Below, piece after piece: positions 38,490-50,576 of a stretch of DNA of 64,000 bases; within the stretch, counting starts at the first letter, position 1, and each line of letters starts with the position of its first letter. The DNA lies in the NCBI GenBank assembly GCA_050008515.1, contig JBEKMM010000009.1, positions 17,912 to 81,911 on the forward strand, written 5' to 3'. This stretch comes from Candidatus Limnocylindrales bacterium (GTDB lineage: Bacteria > Chloroflexota > Limnocylindria > Limnocylindrales > CSP1-4). The translations under genes and the position numbers were made by a program. Under the pieces are notes generated by a model. The model saw nothing but the letters and a program-made list of their open reading frames with translations, made no database searches and was not told where the DNA came from.

Positions 38490-40703
38490 ATGACTCGAGC
38501 CCAGCCCGCGAGGCCGGCGGGGTTCACCGCCACCATGCGGTCCGGTCTTAGCCGGCTCGGGTCGGTGCTGGGCCGGCTCGGGCAGGCGATCCGGGATGAC
38601 TCTGCCCGCACCTTGACGGGGAACGAGAAGTTCGGCCTCGCGCTGCTCGTCGCAGTGCCGACCCTGTTCACGGCCATCGGGCTCCTCTCCGAGGTGACGA
38701 TCCCCGTTCCGTCCGTGAACGACGACTCGTTCCACTATCTGTTCATTCAGCGTGCGTCGGACGCGCTGACCAACGGCGAGTCCATCTTCGATTTCTGGCT
38801 GCCCCAGATCGAGACCGGCGTGGCGCAGTTCTTCTACTACCAGCACCTGCCGGCGCTGGTCGTCGTCGGCTTGCAGCGGCTCAGCTTCGGCACCCTGGAT
38901 CTGCTGACGACGTTCAACCTGGTCCGGTACGGCCTGCTGGTTGGGTTCCCGATCACCGTCTTCGTGTCGATGCGGACGATGCGGTTCTCGATCGCAGCCG
39001 CCGCCGTCGCCGCCGCCGCAGCCACGCTCCTTTCCGGGGACTTCCGATTCGGCTTCGAGTACGACAGCTACATCTGGATGGGCTGGGGCATGTTCACGCA
39101 GCTGTGTGCAATGCACCTGTCGTTTCTCGCCATCGCGGCCATGTATCGGGCGATCCACGACGGGAAGCGGCTATGGCTCGCGGCATTGCTCTTCGGCATG
39201 CTCGTGCTGACGCACCTCATCTACGCCTACATGACCGCCATGGCGATCGCGCTCGTCGCCGTATGGGGTCTGCGCCGAGCCAACCTCGGGGCCCGCGTCG
39301 TGCGGCTGGCGATCGTTGCTGCTTTCGCAGCGGCGATTTCCGAGTACATGTGGCTGCCGTTCCTCACCCAGTCGGCATTCCTCAACGCGACGCCATACCT
39401 CCAGTCCTACAAGTACGATTCATATGGCGCCGGTCCGATCCTATCCTGGCTCTTCACGGGCGACCTCCTCGATCATGGCCGACTGCCTGTGCTTACCGCC
39501 CTTCTCGCCGTTGGCGCAATCGCGGCGATCCTGAGCCGCAGTCGCGTCGCGCTCCTCGGGTTGGGCCTGTTCGTCATGTGGCTGGTGGTGTATTTCGGCC
39601 GGCCCACCCTCGGGGCCGTGACGAACTTGTTTCCGATGCACGACGGGCTGCTCTTCCATCGCTTCATCGGCGGCGTGTGCCTCGCCGCCATCCTGATCAT
39701 CGGCGTCGGAGGAGCAGCGATCTGGCAGATCTTCAAGCCCCATCTATCCACGCTGCGGGCCGGCTCGGCCGTCGTGGTGCTGCTTCTCGTCCTTGCCCCA
39801 GCCGTGTCCGAACGCATGACGCTCTACTCGGACAACGCCCGGTTCCAGGAACGTTCGGTGGACGCGCTGCAGTCGGACACCGACGCCAGTGCGATCGTCG
39901 CGACCCTCAAGACGCTTCCGCCCGGACGCGTCTATGCCGGGCTGCCGGGTGACTACGGCGACCGGATGAGCCTCGGCGACCTTCACTTCTACAACCTGCT
40001 GCCCTTCTATGGGATCGAGTCTCTCGCCCCGCCGATTCAGAGCATGTCCCTGAATTCCGACTACATCTGGGACTTCGACGGCCGCAACCAGGGCGACTTC
40101 GACCTGTTCAACGTCCGATACATGGTCGCCCCGACCGGCATGGCCGTGGCGGACTTCCTGACCCCAATCCAGCGGACGAGTCGATACACCTTGTACGAGG
40201 CGCCGACGACCGGGTACGCCGAGTACGTCGCCATAACGTCCCGCCGGGCCGTCCCGACCCAGGCAGCGCTGTTCAGCCTCAATCGTGCCTGGGAGCGGAC
40301 TCACACGCTTCCCGGCGAGCGCCTCTTCATGCGCTACGACTACCCCGCGACGGTCGCCGGCTTCGACACGGCCAGCACTGCTGCCTGCCCCGGTGGCGGA
40401 AAGACAGATTACGAACGGTTTCGACCGGGCATCATAAACCTTGCCGTCGAGTGCCCGGCCGACTCGACGCTGGTGATCAAGACCACCTACCACCCCGACT
40501 GGCAGGTCTACGTCGACGGCGTCCTGGTGCCGGACTTCATGGTCTCGCCGTCCTACATCGGCATCTCGATGCCGGCGGGCAAGCACACGGTCGATGCCGT
40601 CTATCGCGCCAGCCCGATCAAGGAGCCGCTGCTGGTGATCGGGGCCGTCGCGATCCTGTTCCTCCTGGCCGTCCGCGCGCGGCTGGATCGTTTCGCCGAA
40701 TAG
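38490..40703 (+). CDS. Polytopic membrane GT-C/YfhO-like glycosyltransferase
   Basis: About 12 TMs, an acidic NDD motif in the first external loop, and a YfhO-like C-terminus (TYHPDWQVYVDG...PAGKHTV). Confidence 0.72.
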   Translation: MTRAQPARPAGFTATMRSGLSRLGSVLGRLGQAIRDDSARTLTGNEKFGLALLVAVPTLFTAIGLLSEVTIPVPSVNDDSFHYLFIQRASDALTNGESIFDFWLPQIETGVAQFFYYQHLPALVVVGLQRLSFGTLDLLTTFNLVRYGLLVGFPITVFVSMRTMRFSIAAAAVAAAAATLLSGDFRFGFEYDSYIWMGWGMFTQLCAMHLSFLAIAAMYRAIHDGKRLWLAALLFGMLVLTHLIYAYMTAMAIALVAVWGLRRANLGARVVRLAIVAAFAAAISEYMWLPFLTQSAFLNATPYLQSYKYDSYGAGPILSWLFTGDLLDHGRLPVLTALLAVGAIAAILSRSRVALLGLGLFVMWLVVYFGRPTLGAVTNLFPMHDGLLFHRFIGGVCLAAILIIGVGGAAIWQIFKPHLSTLRAGSAVVVLLLVLAPAVSERMTLYSDNARFQERSVDALQSDTDASAIVATLKTLPPGRVYAGLPGDYGDRMSLGDLHFYNLLPFYGIESLAPPIQSMSLNSDYIWDFDGRNQGDFDLFNVRYMVAPTGMAVADFLTPIQRTSRYTLYEAPTTGYAEYVAITSRRAVPTQAALFSLNRAWERTHTLPGERLFMRYDYPATVAGFDTASTAACPGGGKTDYERFRPGIINLAVECPADSTLVIKTTYHPDWQVYVDGVLVPDFMVSPSYIGISMPAGKHTVDAVYRASPIKEPLLVIGAVAILFLLAVRARLDRFAE

Positions 40704-40741
40704 CTGAGCTCGCGTCGGCGAACCGTGGCGCCGGAAGAAGG

Positions 40742-41356
40742 CTAACTCGCGCCCGGCGACGTACTCGGACCGGGCGAGGGCGTGGTGCTGGGCGACGCGC
40801 TCGGACTGGGCGACGGCGAGGGCAGGCGCGAACTGAGACTCGGATCGAGCTTCAGCGCCTCGGCGATCTCCGAACTGCCCTCCGTCGTGCTGCCCGTCTG
40901 GTTCAGGAGGAGGCCGAGGTTGAAGTGGCCGGCGGCATCGTTCGGCATGAGGCTCACGTACTGCCGATAGAGCTGGATCGCCTCGTCCGTTGCGCCGGCT
41001 TGCGTTCGCACGATGGCCAGGTTGAAGATCGCGGGAGCGTAATTGGGATCGCTCAGGAGGGCGACCCGATAGTCGCTCTCGGCCTCGACGGGACGGTTCT
41101 GCGCCTGCGCGACCGTCCCCAGGTCATACAGGCAGTACTTGTTGGCCGCGTCGTGCTTCAGGCACTCCTGGTAGTCCGCGGCGGCCCTGTCGAGCTGGCC
41201 GGCAGCCTGGGCCTGGAGGCCAGCCTGGAGGGCGTCGGACGCAAGCTGAGCCTGGCTCTTGGAGCCACAGGCAGCCACCGCGACAACGAGCAGCGTGGCC
41301 AGAAGAGCGCGTCCGAAGAAGCGGGGTCGCGAGGTGCGGTCGGTTTCCGAGCCCAT
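40742..41356 (-). CDS. TPR-repeat lipoprotein with a Ser/Pro-rich tail
   Basis: Lipobox VAAC and TPR signatures YDLG, FNLA, HFNLG and ALKLDP; GGGAGG RBS. Confidence 0.85.
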   Translation of the reverse strand: MGSETDRTSRPRFFGRALLATLLVVAVAACGSKSQAQLASDALQAGLQAQAAGQLDRAAADYQECLKHDAANKYCLYDLGTVAQAQNRPVEAESDYRVALLSDPNYAPAIFNLAIVRTQAGATDEAIQLYRQYVSLMPNDAAGHFNLGLLLNQTGSTTEGSSEIAEALKLDPSLSSRLPSPSPSPSASPSTTPSPGPSTSPGAS

Positions 41357-41456
41357 ACGCGTCCTCCCTGCAGTAGCTACGCGGTTCCTCGCTTCATGGT
41401 AAGCGACGGCTCGGGTGGCGTTCCGCCATGCCTGGCCGGCCTGTCGCAACATGGAA

Positions 41457-41486
41457 GAACCCCGGCAGGTTGCCCCGCCGGGGTTC
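41457..41486 (-). terminator. Hairpin after the collagen-like gene
   Basis: GAACCCCGGC...GCCGGGGTTC stem. Confidence 0.55.
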
Positions 41487-41534
41487 GTTCGTCTTGACGA
41501 TGTTCGATTGCAGGGCTGGCGCCCGGCGCTACTG

Positions 41535-42941
<1,407 letters not shown>

Positions 42942-43089
42942 CTACGCGTGTGGATGAGCCGCGCGTAGTCCACCAGTGGTACTAAGCCCGGAGCCACCCT
43001 TCGCCGCTGGCCTCTTGCTGGATCGGCTGGCCCTCGAGGCGCGACTGTCGTCGGGCTGTGGCGCCGCGCCGCACCTCGCCCCGCCGTCG

Positions 43090-43118
43090 TTGACGCTCTC
43101 CAGCGGCGCTCCTATACT
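43090..43118 (+). promoter_or_regulatory. Sigma70 promoter of the rrf2-suf operon
   Basis: TTGACG (43090-43095), 17 bp spacer, TATACT (43113-43118). Confidence 0.8.
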
Positions 43119-43119
43119 C

Positions 43120-43144
43120 ATTCCCGACGGTTTAAGTCGGAATT
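43120..43144. promoter_or_regulatory. IscR type-1-like operator over the transcription start
   Basis: ATTCCCGACGGTTTAAGTCGGAATT contains CCGAC-N7-GTCGG and matches the recalled consensus ATASYYGACTRWWWYAGTCRRSTAT at about 19 of 25 positions. Confidence 0.75.
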
Positions 43145-43191
43145 ACCGGGTGCCCCACTGGCCCGACTGAGCGTCGAAGAGGAGCATCAAG

Positions 43192-43697
43192 CTGGCCACG
43201 AGGACGTACCACAGCACAGGCGCCGTCTCCTTCTCCACGAAGGGTGAATACGGCGTGCGCCTCATGGCCCAGCTCGCCCAGCGGCACGGTCACGGGCCAG
43301 CCAGCCTGACGGAGATCGCCGAGCAGGAGGACCTGCCGCGGGCCTACCTCGAGCAGCTCGTCATCAGCCTGCGAGACGCCAAGCTGGTGCAGAGCACCCG
43401 CGGCGCCCACGGCGGCTACGAGCTCACCCGCCCGCCCGAGCAGATCCGCATGGGCGAGGTCCTGCGCGCGCTCGAGGGGCCGATCGCGCCGATGATGTGC
43501 GCGAGCGACGATCCCACCCACAACACCTGCGCGCGAACCGGCTACTGCACCGTCAACTTCCTGTGGGTTCGCGTTCGGGACGCCATCGCCGGCGCCCTGG
43601 ACTCGATGACCCTGGCAGATCTCGTACCCACGTCGGCGCGTCTGGCGGCAGCCGGCCTGCCCGCGCCACAGCGGACCCAAGGAGCGCACCAGTCAAC

Positions 43698-43701
<4 letters not shown>
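43192..43701 (+). CDS. Rrf2-family Fe-S regulator (IscR-like), probable CTG start
   Basis: FSTKGEYGVRLM, YLEQL, STRGAHGGY, VLRALEG and three Cys. The conserved N-terminus lies upstream of the ORF-track start. Confidence 0.88.
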
Positions 43702-44573
<872 letters not shown>

Positions 44574-44587
44574 GGCGGGCCGATCGA

Positions 44588-45865
44588 ATGGCCGACCTCG
44601 CGACCTCCGGACCGAAAGCTCAGGCGGCACCCGCCCGTTTCGACCCGTACCGCCTCCGGGCCGACTTCCCAATCCTCGCGACCACCAACAGCCACGGCAA
44701 GCCGCTCATCTACCTCGACTCCGCCGCCACCAGCCTCAAGCCGCTCGCCGTCATCGAGGCGGTCGACGGCTACAACCGCGACTACACCTCGAACATCCAC
44801 CGCGGCATATACGAGCTGGCCGAGCGAGCCACGGGCGCCTACGAACAGGCCCGCGTCAAGACGGCCCGCCTGATCAACGCGCCGGACCCGGCCGAGATCG
44901 TCTTCGTCCGAAACGCGACCGAGGCGATCAACCTCGTGGCGTATTCGTGGGGTCGCCACCACATCGGCCGGGGCGACTCGATCGTGCTGACCGAGATGGA
45001 GCACCACGCCAACCTGGTGCCGTGGCAGCTCGTGGTCCAGGAGAAGGACGGCGACCTCGAGTTCGTCCCGGTCACCGACGACGGGCTCCTGCAGCTCGAG
45101 GTGTACGAGGTCCTGCTGCACCTGCGGCCCAAGCTCGTCGCCTTCACGCACGTCTCGAACATGCTGGGCACGGTCAACCCGGTCCGCGAGATGGTCGAGA
45201 TGGCCCACGCGGCAGGTGCGCTGGTACTCATCGACGGCGCGCAGGCGGTCCCGCACGTGCCGGTCGACGTCCAGGAGCTGGGCGCCGATTTCTACGTCTT
45301 CAGCGGCCACAAGATGCTCGGGCCGACCGGCTCCGGGGCGCTGTGGGCTCGCCGGGCACTGCTCGAGGCGATGCCGCCGTTCATGGCCGGCGGCGACATG
45401 ATCCGCGAGGTCCACCTGCGCCGCTCCGACTGGAACGAGATCCCCTACAAGTTCGAGGCGGGCACGCCGGACATCGCCGCGCAGATCGGGATGGGCGCCG
45501 CCGCGGACTACTTGATGGGCCTGGGCCTGGACGCGGTCCGCGACCACGAGCGAGAGCTGACAAGGTACGCGCTGGAGGTTCTGCCGCGCGAGGTGCCCGA
45601 AATCGAGCTGTACGGCCCGGCCGCGGAGCTGCGAGGCGGGGTCGTCTCGTTCAACCTGCCGGGCATCCACCCCCACGACGTCGCCCAGATCCTCGATCGC
45701 TCGGGGATCTGCGTCCGCGCCGGCCACCACTGCACGATGCCGCTCCACGAGCGCTTCGACCTGGCGGCCACGGCCCGGGCCAGCTTCAACGTCTACAGCA
45801 TCCCGGAGGAGATCGACGCCCTGGCGGCGGGCCTCCGGGAAGTCGTCCGCATCTTCGACCGCTAG
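44588..45865 (+). CDS. sufS: Cysteine desulfurase SufS
   Basis: YLDSAAT, MEHHAN, FSGHKM, FEAGTP and RAGHHC. Confidence 0.95.
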   Translation: MADLATSGPKAQAAPARFDPYRLRADFPILATTNSHGKPLIYLDSAATSLKPLAVIEAVDGYNRDYTSNIHRGIYELAERATGAYEQARVKTARLINAPDPAEIVFVRNATEAINLVAYSWGRHHIGRGDSIVLTEMEHHANLVPWQLVVQEKDGDLEFVPVTDDGLLQLEVYEVLLHLRPKLVAFTHVSNMLGTVNPVREMVEMAHAAGALVLIDGAQAVPHVPVDVQELGADFYVFSGHKMLGPTGSGALWARRALLEAMPPFMAGGDMIREVHLRRSDWNEIPYKFEAGTPDIAAQIGMGAAADYLMGLGLDAVRDHERELTRYALEVLPREVPEIELYGPAAELRGGVVSFNLPGIHPHDVAQILDRSGICVRAGHHCTMPLHERFDLAATARASFNVYSIPEEIDALAAGLREVVRIFDR

Positions 45866-45882
45866 GCGTATCCTCGACCCCG

Positions 45883-46299
45883 ATGGACGACCTCTACCGC
45901 GACTACATCCTCGAACACTACCGGCACCCCCACAACTTCGGCGTCCTCCAAACGCCGACGGCCAGCTACGAGGGCTCGAACCCGCTCTGCGGCGACCGGA
46001 TCACGATGATGCTCGGCATCTCGGACGGAGTGGTGCGCGAGGTGGCCTTCACCGGCCGGGGCTGCGCCATCAGCCAGGCCAGCGCCTCGCTGCTGACGGA
46101 CGAGATCAAGGGCAAGACCGTCGAGGAGGTCGAGAAGATGACGCCCGACGATCTGCTCGACCTGATCGGGATCGAGATCAGCCCGGCTCGCCTCAAGTGC
46201 GCCCTGCTCTCGCTCGACACGGTCGCACACGCCCTGGCCGACGACGTCGAGGAGAGGGCGGAAGCGGGCGGCTCGGCTTCGGGCCGCAGCTCGACCTAG
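45883..46299 (+). CDS. sufU: SufU (NifU/IscU-like) protein
   Basis: ILEHYRHPHN, NPLCGD, GCAISQAS and RLKCALL. Confidence 0.93.
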   Translation: MDDLYRDYILEHYRHPHNFGVLQTPTASYEGSNPLCGDRITMMLGISDGVVREVAFTGRGCAISQASASLLTDEIKGKTVEEVEKMTPDDLLDLIGIEISPARLKCALLSLDTVAHALADDVEERAEAGGSASGRSST

Positions 46300-46539
46300 T
46301 TCGACCTCGGCCGACCGCACCGTCCGCCCGCGAACGGCGTATCGTTGGGCGGCCCCGCCCGACCGTCCACCTGGCGATCCATTCGCTCGGACTACGCTCG
46401 TCGGGACCATCGTTGCGGTCCCGGCGGCGGCCATCGGGGGTACCTTTCTCGCGGGGAACATCTCAGCGGAGCATTCTGTGAGGGCTAGCGTGGACGCGAA
46501 GACTCCCGGCGCGCGCCTCCGCCTGCCCGCCGCGAGCCG

Positions 46540-47376
46540 ATGAACCAGTACGGCAAACCGGCCGCGGTCCGAGCGAACCGGATGTGGCGCGAGATCGCCG
46601 ACCGGGTATTCGTCCGTCGCTACTCCGACTACAACGTCACGATCGGGCTGGTCGTCGGCGACCGGGACTCGCTGGTCGTCGACACGCGAGGCTCGGAGCG
46701 CCAGGGCCGTGAGCTCATGGAAGAGATCCGCTGGCTGACCTCCACCCGGATGCGGGTCGTGAACACTCACCACCACTACGACCACGCCTTCGGCAATTTC
46801 GCCTTCGTCCCGTCCGAGATCTGGGGCCACGAGCGCTGCGCCACGCGCCTGCGCGAGGACAGCCGGACCGCCCAGTTCGCCCTGGCGGCGGCCATGCCGG
46901 AAGTGGCGGCGGAGTACGTCGAGACGCGCATCACGCCGCCGGACAAGACGTTCCGGGAGAGCGTGGAGCTGGAGCTCGGCGGCCGGCAGGTGACGCTCGC
47001 CCACCTCGGCCGCGGCCATACCGACAACGACGTGGTCGTGGTCGTGCCGGACGTGCACGTGGTCTTCGCCGGCGATCTGATAGAACAGGGCGGCCCGCCC
47101 TCATTCGAGGACTCGTACCCGATGGATTGGCCGGGGACGCTGGAACGGGTGCTCGAGGTGGCGCAGGGCCCTGTCGTGCCGGGCCACGGCGAAGTGGTGG
47201 GGCGCTCCTTCGTCGAGGGGCAGCTGGCCGATCTCTCGGCCCTGGCCCAGCTCGCCCGCCGGGTCCGCTTCGACGGCGGCTCCGTGACGGATGCCATGCC
47301 GCTTTCGCCGTTCCCGTCACGCGCCGCGCGACAGGCGCTCGTTCGGGCCTTCGCCCAGCTCGCCGGGGAGCTGTAG
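46540..47376 (+). CDS. MBL-fold metallo-hydrolase
   Basis: NTHHHYDHAFGN, GHTDND, FAGDL and VPGHG. Alternative start at 46582. Confidence 0.9.
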   Translation: MNQYGKPAAVRANRMWREIADRVFVRRYSDYNVTIGLVVGDRDSLVVDTRGSERQGRELMEEIRWLTSTRMRVVNTHHHYDHAFGNFAFVPSEIWGHERCATRLREDSRTAQFALAAAMPEVAAEYVETRITPPDKTFRESVELELGGRQVTLAHLGRGHTDNDVVVVVPDVHVVFAGDLIEQGGPPSFEDSYPMDWPGTLERVLEVAQGPVVPGHGEVVGRSFVEGQLADLSALAQLARRVRFDGGSVTDAMPLSPFPSRAARQALVRAFAQLAGEL

Positions 47377-47440
47377 GAGCTCCAGGGGTCGGGGCGCCAC
47401 GGGTCCGGGCACCCGGCCTGACTGAGGCGCTTGCTCGCGC

Positions 47441-48643
47441 CTAAGCCGGCTCGCCCGCCTCGACCAGCCGAGCCGCCGCGCGAGCCACGACCAGATCCTC
47501 GCGGGCCTCGATCCTCAGGATCGCGGGCGAGCTGCCGGGTGAGCTTATGACGGCGTCCTCGCGTACCGGGGCGTCCGCGATCGGCGCTACACCGATCGAG
47601 GCCAGCCGGGCCACGATGCGGGCCCGCAGCCCCGCGGCGTTCTCCCCGATCCCGCCGGTGAAGACGATCGCGTCCAGGGTCGGCAGGGCGGTGGCCGCCG
47701 CCGCCATGCATTCGGCCGCCCGGCGCACGAAGACTCGGAGAGCGAGGCCGGCCCGCTCGTCACCGTCGGCCTCCAGGCGCAGCAGCTCGCGCACGTCGGA
47801 CGTTCGGCCGGAGACCCCGACCAGCCCGGATTCGTGGTCGAGCTGTTCGGCCAGCTCGTCTTCGGTGAGCCAGCCGTTGCGGCGCAGGTAGAAGAGGATC
47901 CCGGGGTCGATCGAGCCGCTGCGCGTGCCCATCATCAGCCCTTCGAGCGGCGTCAGACCCATGGAGGTGGCCACCGAACGGCCGCCGTCGGTCGCCGTCA
48001 CGGAGCAGCCGCTCCCCAGGTGAGCCACCACGAGGCGGAGCTGGTCGGCGGGGCAGCCCAGGAGCTGGGCGGCACGCTGAACCGACCACTCGACCGACAT
48101 GCCGTGGAAGCCGTAGCGGCGGACGCCCCACTCTCGATACCAGGGCTCCGGGACGGGGTATCGGTAAGCGTCGTCCGGCAGGGTCGCGTGGAAGGCGGTG
48201 TCGAAGACAGCCACGTGGGGGAGCTGCGGGATCGCGGTCAGGCCTGCTCGCATCGTGGCCACGGCGATGCCGTTGTGGAGCGGCGCCAGACTCCGGAGAG
48301 CGTCCACTTCCGCGATCACTTCGGGGGTCACGAGCACCGGCTCCCGGAACCGCTCTCCGCCGTGAACGACGCGGTAGCCGACGGCGCCCATCGAGGCGGC
48401 CGGAACCCCCGCGGCCTCGTAGCGGCGGAGCAGGGCGCGGATATCGTCCGCCGGGTCGCTCTCGGCGGTGGCATCGACGCCCCAGTCCACGTCCACCTTG
48501 GCGAGCGGCTCAAGGAGGGCGGCGGGGACCGAGGCCGTGGGCGCGGGGCGCGACGCCGTTTCGGCCGACGCCTCTGCCGACGCAGCCTCGACGACGCTCG
48601 ATTTCAGCGAGCTAGACCCCGGGTTCAGTACGAGTACGCGCAT
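47441..48643 (-). CDS. ackA: Acetate/propionate kinase
   Basis: LVLNPGSSSLK, RVVHGG, LAPLHN, FDTAFH, RYGFHG and FTGGIGEN. Confidence 0.95.
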   Translation of the reverse strand: MRVLVLNPGSSSLKSSVVEAASAEASAETASRPAPTASVPAALLEPLAKVDVDWGVDATAESDPADDIRALLRRYEAAGVPAASMGAVGYRVVHGGERFREPVLVTPEVIAEVDALRSLAPLHNGIAVATMRAGLTAIPQLPHVAVFDTAFHATLPDDAYRYPVPEPWYREWGVRRYGFHGMSVEWSVQRAAQLLGCPADQLRLVVAHLGSGCSVTATDGGRSVATSMGLTPLEGLMMGTRSGSIDPGILFYLRRNGWLTEDELAEQLDHESGLVGVSGRTSDVRELLRLEADGDERAGLALRVFVRRAAECMAAAATALPTLDAIVFTGGIGENAAGLRARIVARLASIGVAPIADAPVREDAVISSPGSSPAILRIEAREDLVVARAAARLVEAGEPA

Positions 48644-48808
48644 CGCCTCGTAGGCTACCCGTTCCTCGGCCGGGCCGGGTCGCGAAGAGGGGGCAGCCGC
48701 CAGCCGGCGGCCTGGCCGCGCCCAACCCCCCACCCCGGCGCCGCCACGAAGGGCCGCCGCGCCTGGTCCCTCGACCGCCATTCCTCCGGCTGATTGCTGG
48801 GGACACTC

Positions 48809-49669
48809 CTACGGAGATACTCTCCGGCTCGTGGCGACCGAGAACGGCGCGGTCCGGCCGTCGGTCCCGTATTGGCCGGGTCGGAGGGCCCGTTCTGTGC
48901 GCGGTTCACGCTTGGTCGGACCAGGGCCAAGCGCAGTGTCGGATCCCAAGCTCGCTCGAATGCGCCGCGGCCCGCCCCGACTTTGCATAAGAGGGCTGGA
49001 GCCACTCGGCCGGAGAAACCACGTGCCGCGCAGCGGGCCCGGTCCAGGCTGAGACACCCAGCGTCGGATTTCGACGTTCCGACTCGGAAACGCCGCTGCG
49101 AATGTCGCCTGGAACCGGGCCACGCCGTCTCGATATGTGCTGCGGTCCGGCATGACGAGGATCACGCCAACGACGGTTGCCCGCCAGCCGCGCTCGGCCG
49201 CGAGCAGCGACGGCACCAACCGGACCTTTCGGTCGAGGACGGACAGCATGTTCTGCATATCGTCGAGTTCGGCCTTCACCTCAATGAGCAGCAACGCTCG
49301 GTCCGCGCCTCGCCAGCCGACCACATCCACTGAGCCGTGCTCGCCGAACCTGCTGAACGTGTACTCGACCGTGACCTCCCAACCGCACGATGCAAGACGA
49401 GCAACGACCTGCTCGACCAGGGCGGCGTGGCGCGCGTCAACCAGGCGCGGAAGCTCTCCGCCGCGCCACTTCGGTTCGAACGGCATGCGGATCTCGAGAG
49501 CTGAGGCAATCCGACGGATCGTCCTCACCGGAAGTCGATCGAGCTGTCCTCTTTCCACCATAGAAACGGCCCACTGACTCACGCCGGCAAGTGCGGCCAC
49601 GTCGCGCTGACGCAGGTTGCGGCGCCGGCGCACCGCCCGAACGACAGCTCCGACTTTGAGGTCATCCAT
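48809..49669 (-). CDS. XRE-family HTH fused to a PD-(D/E)XK nuclease-like domain
   Basis: RQRDVAALAGVSQWAVSMVERG (HTH) followed by HAALVE...VEY...GSVDVVG...LIEVK. Confidence 0.75.
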   Translation of the reverse strand: MDDLKVGAVVRAVRRRRNLRQRDVAALAGVSQWAVSMVERGQLDRLPVRTIRRIASALEIRMPFEPKWRGGELPRLVDARHAALVEQVVARLASCGWEVTVEYTFSRFGEHGSVDVVGWRGADRALLLIEVKAELDDMQNMLSVLDRKVRLVPSLLAAERGWRATVVGVILVMPDRSTYRDGVARFQATFAAAFPSRNVEIRRWVSQPGPGPLRGTWFLRPSGSSPLMQSRGGPRRIRASLGSDTALGPGPTKREPRTERALRPGQYGTDGRTAPFSVATSRRVSP

Positions 49670-49733
49670 TTCCGCTGCATCTTGAGCGACCACGATTGGC
49701 GCGGACTTACTCGACGATCTGCCGACGGCGGCC

Positions 49734-50576
49734 TTACCGCCCCAGGGCCGCCACCAGCGCCTCATCCGTCGGCGTCGCCCCCAGGCCCAGCCGCGCGCCC
49801 GCCAGGGCGGGGAGTGGCGGCTCCAGATACGAGGCCCGCAGCTCCGGCCAGGCCGCCTCGCCGAAGACCACGTTCGGGGCCCCGTCCAGCGCGATGCGCC
49901 CCTCGCGCATCACCACGACGCGCCGGAACGACTCGGCCACGAAGCACATGTCGTGGCTGATCGCGATCACGGTCCGCCCCTCCCCCGCCGCCCGCGCCAG
50001 CACCTCGCGGACGCGCGCCACTCCCCGAGCATCCTGCCCCGTGGTCGGCTCGTCGAGGACCAGGATCGGGGTGCGCATCGCCAGGACCGACGCCAGCGCC
50101 AGCAGCTTGCGGCGCGAGTAGCCCAGGTCGTACGGGTTCGAGGCGGCCTCGGCTGCCAGCCCCACCTCCTCGAGGGCGGTCCGCACCCGCTCGTCCAGGT
50201 CGCGCCCGCGAACGCCGAGGTTGCGCGGCCCGAAGGCCACCTCGGCCGACACGCGCCCGGCGAAGAGCTGCCGATCGGGGTTCTGGAACGCCAGCCCGAC
50301 CAGACCCGCCAGCCGGGCGACGTGGATCGGCCGGACATCGCGTCCGTCGAGCAGGACTCGCCCCGAGGTTGGCCGAAGCAGGCCGTTGAGGTGCCGGACC
50401 AGGGTCGACTTGCCCGAGCCGTTCTGGCCGACGATCGCGACCGACTCGCCGGGCTCGATTCGGAGATGGACCTCTTCGAGCGCCCGGGTGCCGTCGGGGT
50501 AGGCGAACGAGACGACCTCGAATTCGATCGACGGGACCGACGCGGTCCAACCGGCGGTCGAACCGAGGGCCGTCAT
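49734..50576 (-). CDS. ECF transporter ATPase (A' component)
   Basis: GQNGSGKS, FQNPDRQ, EVAFGPRN and LDEPTTGQD; degenerate signature LGYSRRK. Confidence 0.9.
   Translation of the reverse strand: MTALGSTAGWTASVPSIEFEVVSFAYPDGTRALEEVHLRIEPGESVAIVGQNGSGKSTLVRHLNGLLRPTSGRVLLDGRDVRPIHVARLAGLVGLAFQNPDRQLFAGRVSAEVAFGPRNLGVRGRDLDERVRTALEEVGLAAEAASNPYDLGYSRRKLLALASVLAMRTPILVLDEPTTGQDARGVARVREVLARAAGEGRTVIAISHDMCFVAESFRRVVVMREGRIALDGAPNVVFGEAAWPELRASYLEPPLPALAGARLGLGATPTDEALVAALGR

Noticed and set aside
43168-43170. In-frame TGA upstream of the Rrf2 gene as possible selenocysteine readthrough
   Set aside because: It lies outside the conserved domain in the 5' leader, and an SD plus CTG downstream explains the frame more simply.
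46340-46543. Open frame encoding a hydrophobic peptide (TTLVGTIVAVPAAAIGGTFLAG) ending in an ATGA overlap with the MBL gene
   Set aside because: No start codon or RBS was found upstream of the hydrophobic stretch and no family was recognised. It is at most a decayed fragment.
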